Origin: the human T2T-CHM13v2.0 reference genome, Homo sapiens
DNA: 64,000 bases
Strand: one strand, 5' to 3'
NCBI RefSeq assembly: GCF_009914755.1
Contig: NC_060943.1
Part shown: piece by piece, positions 54,707 to 64,000 of the stretch
How the letters are laid out: each line of letters begins with the position of its first letter
Numbering within the stretch: position 1 is the stretch's first letter
Translations under genes and position numbers: made by a program
The notes under the pieces: model-generated
What the model was told of the DNA's origin: nothing
The model's input: the letters and a program-made list of their open reading frames with translations, nothing else
Databases searched by the model: none

Positions 54707-54932
54707 TCAAATATATCACCTTCTCTTTGTCCCCCATAGCTATTGTTGCAGCTCAGACTTCATCCTCTTTCTCCTGGACTGTTGCTTCCTCCTCACTGCA
54801 GACCCAGAGGAACCTTTCGAACACCCAAACCCGTTCTCCCATGGTTCAAAACCATTCCATAATTTCCATGACTTCCCCCATTGACGTGGGAGGGAGTCCG
54901 AGCTCCTCAGCTTGGCATTTGAGGCTCTTTGA

Positions 54933-55187
<255 letters not shown>

Positions 55188-56006
55188 TAACATTTTGTAG
55201 GGAGAGGGTCTCCCTACATTGCCCAGGCTGGTCTCAAACTCTTGGGCTCAGCCTCTCAAAATGCTGGGATTACAGGTGTGAGCCACTGCGCCCAGCCCAA
55301 ACTCTGTTCTTGAAGCTCCCCAGCATCTGGTCCCATCAGGCCCCTAATTCACAAGATTCGCAGACCTTAGGGGTGGATTGAAAAGACAAGAGCCCCTAGC
55401 AAGCAGTGGACTTCTTTCTAGCCTCACCCCATGCTTCTTACTGCTGCCCCTCTCCTCATCCATTCCAAATCCTGCCCTCCAGGACAGACCAATCTGAGGT
55501 CAGAGTTAGCAGCAGGATACATCCTGGTCCTCTCTTGCCCCTGAGATCTCGCTGGGGCTGATGGCACTGCCACTGCTATGGTTGGGTAAGTAGAAGGAGA
55601 GGCAGCATGGAGGTGTCTTGGGGAGGTAAGGGTGGGTGGAGTTGGAAGGCAGACAGGGCTGAGGTAAGATGAAGGCTGAGGTAAGATGAAGTACCTAAAA
55701 AATTAGGTACTTGGCCAAGCACAGTGGCTCATGCCTGTAATCCCAGCATGCTGGGAGGCCAAGTTGGGCAGATCTCCTGAGGTCAGGAGTTGGATACCAG
55801 CCTGGCCAACATGGTGAAACCCTGTCTCTACTAAAAGTAGAAAAATTAGCCAGGTGTGGTGGTGGGCACCTGTAATCCCAGCTACTGGGGAGGCTGAGTT
55901 GGGAGAATCACTTGAACCCAGGAGTGGGTGTTGCAGTGAGCCAAGATCGTGCCACTGCACTTCACCCTGGGTGACAGCAAGACTCTGTCTAAAAAAGAAA
56001 AAAAAA

Positions 56007-56253
56007 GTAGAATCTTTATTCTACAATATAGATCCTCAAAAAACCCTCAGTCTTTGAAGACCAGAGTTCAGGTTCAAGCTCTACCACCTTGAGTAATTCT
56101 CTTCAGTTTGCTCACCTAGACAATGGGGTGTTCCCCTTCTACAGAGCAAAAGGAAATTTATTTGTGGAAACCATTCAACCACAACAATCCTAGCTTTCAC
56201 AAGGCTGTTGGGGAGGGGAGGGAGTTCCAAATGAGCTAATGGGTGGTGAGCAC
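56007..56253 (+). repeat. ~250-bp direct duplicate of 57828-58082
   Basis: Shared cagtctttgaagaccagagttcaggttcaagctctac...aaatgagctaatgggtgg. Confidence 0.9.
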
Positions 56254-56509
56254 AATTATTCACTAACGGTTCACTATGACATGGTCTCTTGTAATGTAAT
56301 GTGACTGAAGTCAAAATCTGCAGTTATTACAGAGGGCCATGTGCCTCTGTAGTTATGGTCCTTAATTATCACAATACTGTAGCATTGGTATTATCGTACC
56401 CACTTCTCTGATTGAGAAACTGAGATTCAGAAATGATACAACATGACCCAGATCACAAGATACGGTTAATACCAACAAGAAGAGCAATAAAAAATCCAGC
56501 AGACTAGAT

Positions 56510-57060
56510 TGGGGTGGTGCAGTTTAGGAGTCCCCCCAAGATGCCTCTGATTCAGTGATCCACAAGAAGGACTCAAAACTCAGCAGAACTGTTTTACTCA
56601 TGATTGCAGTTGATTATAGCAAAAGAGTACAGATGAAAATCAGTACAGGGAAGAGGTGCATAGGGCAGGGTCCAGGAGAGAGCAGGCATGAGCTTTCAGC
56701 TGACCTCTCCCAGTGGTGTTGCACCAATAGAGCTTACTTCTTTCTGCAACAATGTGTGGTGACATGCACAGACATGCCAAGTAGAGAAGTGCACCCAAGC
56801 CTTGGTGTCCAGGGTTTTTATTGTGGGTCTGGTCACTGACTTAGCTTAGTCTTCAGCCCCTCCAGAGGTCAAGCTGATGCCCCAGGATCCAGGGCTCCCA
56901 CCATAAATCATAGTGTTAGCATCAACTGATGAAGTCCAAGGTCCCAGGTAAACAAAGACACTCTTATCAGGCAGGATATCCCAAGGGTTTAGAGATCACC
57001 TCATAGGAGTTGGACAAGTGTCAAGCCTTTCTTAGGTAAGGTGACTCTTTTAATGCACAG
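56510..57060 (-). mobile_element. MER21-like LTR
   Basis: aaggactca..actcagca...gaagaggtgcatagggcag..tccaggaga motif; boundaries approximate. Confidence 0.55.
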
Positions 57061-57118
57061 ATATAATACAGGAGTATGCTAGGTGGGTCTGTTTTTCAAC
57101 TTGGATCTCTCCTTACAG

Positions 57119-57472
57119 GGCTACTTTCTCATGTTTTGATGGAAGTCAAGAAGATACCAGTGGAAGAGGGGCTGTGCACTACAATCCCTTGTGCATTTGA
57201 ATTTCCCAAAGAACCCCCAAGCAATTCCATGATCATGCACTACTGGCTCAACAAAAACATCAGCTCCCTGGTAGCTACAAATAAACCCAATGCTACCATT
57301 GGTGATAACACCAAGGACAAATTTTACATGACTGGGAATCTTGATGAAGAAGACTGTACCCTACTCATCCACGATATACTCAAAGGGAACAGCATAATAT
57401 ATTTATTCTACGCAGATCTAGGAGAACAAAAAAGTGCTTTCCTGGGGGAGAATATCAAACTTTTTGTGTCAG
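57119..57472 (+). pseudogene. Paralog V-set Ig exon (open, 354 nt)
   Basis: VEEGLCTTIPC...HYW...VATNK...DCTLLIHD...YLFYADLG; ccttacag acceptor, G|GTGATG donor. Confidence 0.88.
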
Positions 57473-58170
57473 GTGATGTTCAATATCATCCGATAAGTGG
57501 TTTGGAAAGAAGGAAATCCAAAAGTGGTTCTGGTGATTATGTGGTTTTTACCTGATGGGCACTGGGCTTTACAAAACCTTAGGTATTTGAGTTTTATAAT
57601 GATGCAATGAGATCAGTATAATAGGTAACTTTACTTTTCCAAATAGAAATGGCAAAGAGAGAAGCGATTCACCCTATATCATCCAACCAGTACAAAATAG
57701 AGAGGAAATGATCACAGATTGGGCTGGGAAGGGGCAGAGTCTAAGGGAGAACTGGGCTGGAAAAGGGAGACAGAGTAGGAGCTACCACTAGCACATGTAG
57801 TCTAGGACTCAGGTAAGGGGTCAGAATGTAGAATCCTCATTCTACAATGTAGAGCCTCAGAAAACTACTCACCCTCAGTCTTTGAAGACCAGAGTTCAGG
57901 TTCAAGCTCTACAACCTTGAGTAGTTCTCTTCAGTTTTATCACCTGGACGCTGGGCTGTTCCCCTTCCACACAGAGAAAGGAAATCTATTTGTGAAAAAC
58001 CATTAAACCACAACAATCCCAGGTTTCACAAGGCGGTTGGGGAGGTGAGGGGGTTGCAAATGAGCTAATGGGTGGGGAGCACTTTGTAACCTGGAAACGT
58101 TGTGCATCAGTGAAGTGTCCATGAGGGTCCCTTTTCCCCCAAGGTTTGGGTCTACTTCTCTCTTCTCCAG

Positions 58171-58434
58171 AGCTAACCCAAAAGCCAGAGCTCCACATGC
58201 CAGAGATTCTTTTGGCTGAGAAGACTGTGACCTTGAACTGTACCCTCAAAGGCACCTGCAAAGAAACCAAAGCCCTCTTCCACTCCCGGAAGAACCCAGC
58301 CATCTCCAGCAGCTCCTCCTCGGTGCTGCACTTCACCCTGAGGCCTGAGGACCATGGCAACACCCTTGGATGTCACTTGAACTTATCCCTAGCCAACGTG
58401 ACCAGAAGTAGCTTGGTCAAGCTCCAAGTGGTCT
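58171..58434 (+). pseudogene. Paralog first C2-set exon (open, 264 nt)
   Basis: ELTQKPELHMP...LNCTLKGTC...RPEDHGNTLGC; homologous to CD33 exon 3. Confidence 0.88.
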
Positions 58435-58756
58435 GTGAGTGCTGGTGGGCACAGGCAGGATCCTGAGAAATAGTGGGCTCAAGAAAAGACCTGAGCCCCA
58501 GAGGGAGAGAAGTCTTAGGAGCTGTCACATCTTCCCCCTTTGGGAAGACCTTTGGGGCTGAAAGGCCAGAGGTAGGAGCTGAGCCCAAGTCTGAGGCAGA
58601 TGTGGAGAGAGGATGAAAGGGGACTGTTTTGAGTCCCAGCCCCACTCTGGGTTGCCAGAAAGTCTTTCTGAAGCTCCCTGTGAATAGCAAGTAAAGAGAA
58701 GGCTGGGTCTTAGGGGAAGTAGAGAAGCAAAGTCAGGACATCTTGATGATCCCTGA

Positions 58757-59071
<315 letters not shown>

Positions 59072-59204
59072 TAGTGACTGAGCTGGAAAGAACACCTAAA
59101 GACCAGATGCAGATGGGCACAGGGCCGGAGGAAAGGGTAGAGAGTTTTAGCTCAGACTTTAAAGCCTTTGGAGAAAGGTGAATCTCACTTCCCTCCAATT
59201 CCAG

Positions 59205-59307
59205 ATAAGAAATCAGTTTCCAGTGTGTTCGTGAAAGGATTAATCCAGGGCATTGTATATGGAGCCATTGCATTCTCATTGCTCTTCTTCTGCCTCATCC
59301 TCTTGTC
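59205..59307 (+). pseudogene. Paralog transmembrane exon (open, 103 nt)
   Basis: [33 protein letters not shown]; ttccag acceptor, GTGAGT donor. Confidence 0.85.
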
Positions 59308-59914
59308 GTGAGTATCAAAGTTCAAATTCATCAGCAGCCTTTCCCAAAGCCTACTACCTTTATTTATGTTCTCCTTTTCCTTCCTCATACTTTCTTCCAA
59401 TTTATTTTGCTTTGTCTATTTTTTTTTTTTTTTTTGAGACAGGGTCTCCCTCTCTCACCCAGGCTGGAGTACAGTGGGTCAATCACAGCTCACTGTAGCC
59501 TCCACCTCCCTGGGCTCATATGATCCTCCCACCTCAGCCTCCTCAGTAGCTGGGACTACAGGTGTGTGCCACCACGCCTGGCTAATTTTTGTATTTTTTG
59601 TAGAAATAGGATTTCACCATGCTGCCCAGGCAAGTTTCCAACTCCTGGGCTCAAGTGATTGACCCACCTCAGCCTCCCAAAGTGCTGTTGGGATTACTAG
59701 GTGTGGCCCACTGCCCCTGGCCTTGTCTACCTTTTAAAAATGGATTCTTATATCGTTAACTTTCAGCTACTCTTCTTTTTCAGTATTTGTATTTAGGGCT
59801 ATAAGTTTCCCTCTAAGCATGACTTTAGCTGCATCTCACAAATTTTAATATAAATATTTCATTATCATTTGGTTAACATATTTCTAATTTCCATTATGAT
59901 TTTTTGACTCATGA

Positions 59915-60100
<186 letters not shown>

Positions 60101-60720
60101 TAGCTGGGATTACAGGCTTGCGCCAGCGCACCCAGCTAAATTTTTTGTATTTTTAGTAGCGGCGGGGTTTCTCCATGTTGGTCAGGCTGGTCTTGACCTC
60201 CCAACCTCAGGTGATCGCCTGCCTCAGCCTCCCAAAGTGCTGGGATTACAGGCGTGAGCCACCGCCCCTGGCCTGACCCATGAGTTTCTTAGGCACATTA
60301 CTCTCTTTTTAAATTTTTAGCTTAAACCGAATAAGGTCAGAAAATATACTATGCATGATTTCAATTCCTTATTTTCTTTGTAACACATTTTTTGTCTCGT
60401 TTTTATAAATATTCCATGTGAACTTGAAAAGAATGTATATTTTATGCCTGTCAAATGCAGTATATATATCTCTCTGTGTGTGTGTCTGTGTGTGTGTACA
60501 CAATCACATACATATACATATATACCCTTTAAATCAAATTCATTATTCATGTTGTTTAAATCTTCTCTACTTGGACTGACTTAATTGCCTGCCTGCTCTA
60601 ATGATAAGAGATATGTGTTTCTAATCTCCCACAATGATTGTGGATTTGTTTGTTTCTTCTTGAAATTCTGTCAGTTTTTGCTTTCTAAATCTTGAGGCCA
60701 TGTCATTAGCTTCAAGTCTA

Positions 60721-60852
<132 letters not shown>

Positions 60853-60855
60853 CTA

Positions 60856-61079
<224 letters not shown>

Positions 61080-62496
61080 TCACCTTTGTATTAAAGCCTA
61101 TTCTGTCAGATATTAGTATAGCTCCACCAGCTCCTTCTTTTACATCTACTCTCAATCTGTGATCTGAAGGTTTAGTTATGTGTTTCATAATCAGCATATG
61201 ATTTTGACTTTTTTTAGTCTTGTAATTTTTAAATTGGATTTAAATTAATTTGCTTGATGTAATTACTGGTGCATTTAAATACTGATGGTATTTCAATATA
61301 CCATCCTAGTTTGTCCCATATGTTTCTTTTTTTCCCTTTACTTGTCTTCATTTGGATTGGCTGGGTATTTTTATCAATCCATTCTTTTCTTTCTACTAGT
61401 TGAAAATTATGCAATTATATGTTTTTTAAATATTCTTTTACTGGTTACCCAGAAATCACCACATCTATACTTCAGTTATCAAAGTATATATTTGATAATT
61501 TCAAAGTATAAAACCTTTACCCTCCTCCAGATAACATAAAGACCTTAGAACAGTTGAACTCTAGTTTTCCTCCTCACAACTTACATGCTATTTTTATAAC
61601 ATGCTTTGTGGCATTTTATCAATTCCAATATACATGTTATTTCACATTCGAACATCTCTGAAATAGAGATATGTCTTCAACCGATGGTGATTTACAGTTG
61701 CTGTTGGTCTCAGGTGGCAGTCCTGATAAAGTTGTCATTGCCTGCAGGTGCCTGAACTCTTGTCATTGCTGTTCATATTATCACTGTAATTGAATTATTT
61801 GTTCATTGATACATGTTTAATTTATTGCCTTTTCAAACATTTGCAAAAGTATTACATTATTAGCTGCCACTGAAACAAAGTTATGGTGTATACAGAAGGG
61901 CACAGAAGTAAAAGAGTAAGCATACCTTCCATTCTGTGACACCTGTAACATTTGTTTGAGAAATGACCAGAATTCCATATTTTTTGTAAAGCAACAATCT
62001 GGTGCTTTATAGAACCTAGGAAAGAGAGATACCCACATGTGGATGAAGCCATGTTACTTTTTCTTGTAAGATAAAAAGCAAAAGGGTAATTTATCTCATA
62101 AACTGTCAATGCAAATGAAACCAGAAGGAATTGCTTAATCCTTCGGAAGACATTTTTAAAATTTAAATTAACATGACATTGGATGATTCATGTGCTGTTC
62201 AGGACTATGTTAGTTCTTAATAGTTTAACTGGCAACATTTTTTTCCCTTAGTGATATATAAATTATGCATCTTACTATTAATGGCATTTTATTATTAATG
62301 AAATACCAATTCTATATTTTTGAGCCCCCAAAGACGTCATCATCATCTTTGGTTTTATTTCGTACATTCACTGCTCATTTTGATTTACATATATATTTAC
62401 CATAGTCTCTATTCTTTATTCCTTACATTCTGTTAGTATTCTCAGATCTTCCATCCAGAATCTTTTTTCCTGAAATATATTCTAGAAAGCTGTTTA

Positions 62497-62980
<484 letters not shown>

Positions 62981-64000
62981 CTATTCCATGTTCCATTATA
63001 TCTTGCTTCTATTATCACAGGAGAAAAGTCAGCCATGACTCTCATCTGCTGCTCCTTTGAAAATGATCTCTCCTTATCTGTCTCTGCCTTTAAGACCTCT
63101 TTGTCTCTGACATTTCCGGTTTGGCCTCACACTTTACACTTTCATAACACCAACTTGCCTATTTGTCTGTGACACATGCGTTTCTTGTCCTGCAGCTTTG
63201 CTGATATGTGGCTTCTGCCCAATACTCCCCCTCCTCTGCATTTCATTTTCTACCCCTGCTCCCCTCTCACACCTGGCTGACATTTACTCATCATTTAGGA
63301 CTCAACCTACAGCCCCTCCATCACATGCTCTGGAAAACTTCCCCGGGCCTCTCTCCGGGGCCAGGTGTCTTTTCAGGACTCCTGTAGGTCTCCTGGACTT
63401 TTGGGTATTAGCACTAACACTTTTACTTTGATGTGACTGAGTGTGGATATCATTTTTTTAGATTTGTCTTTATTTATATTTATTTGGCCTCTTCAATCTA
63501 TGCTTTGGTGTCTTTCATCAGTTCTGGAAAGATTCTTAACCACTGTTTATATTGCCTCTGCTCTTTGTTTTCATCATAGGGCTCTCATCTAATGTTTGTC
63601 AAACTTTTTTATCTGTTTCCCTTCTTACCCTGTGTCCTGTATTTTCCAGAGAGAGGGAGTCAAGTAAACAAGTACTAGGTTAGAGGTCTGTATGAGGGAG
63701 TTGCTAAGAGAACCCTACTCTTTCACTGTCTCTCCATCCTTGGGGCAGAGGTAGGGGATCAGTATTGCCCAGAAAATCCTTTAGCTTGCCTCTAATCAAC
63801 TCCCTCCAACTTCACACTCTGTCAGTATGCCAGGTGTTTCCCTCTTTCCCCCAGTCTCTTATCTCATCCCGTCATGTTCAGCAATAAGGTTTACCTACTT
63901 CCAAGGAAAAAATCAGCTCCCCAACACATACAACGTTATTACCATTGACATTGAGTGATGTACTCCCTGCCTTTTTTAGGGAAAGAGGCTTTCTTCCTCC

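Overview
Human (primate) genomic DNA from the CD33-related Siglec cluster (19q13.4), very rich in Alu, L1 and LTR repeats. (1) The complete CD33 gene is on the + strand: 7 coding exons spanning 1740-16309 encode 364 aa, with an alternative last exon 7a. By comparison with the reference protein as I recall it, this is the Val14/Arg69/Arg304 haplotype with promoter A at 1327, i.e. the known Alzheimer-protective, exon-2-skipping haplotype. (2) An LTR-dense interval at about 22-27 kb contains nested insertions and a small locally templated chimeric insert. (3) SIGLECL1 (C19orf75; 197 aa, 5 coding exons, 40700-45223) has a probable promoter at about 27.3-28.2 kb built from six CCAAT boxes at 32-bp spacing plus four MYB sites. 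It also carries a dead V-set exon in its intron and has lost one C2 exon by deletion. (4) The most notable feature is a second, tandem SIGLECL1-like gene (55561-59307). Its leader, V-set, C2, C2 and TM exons are all open and phase-compatible. The only clear lesion is a GT->CT splice donor at 59055, which predicts a secreted 3-Ig form or a V-C2-TM form. Repeat family names and rs identifiers are recalled from memory and were not computed.
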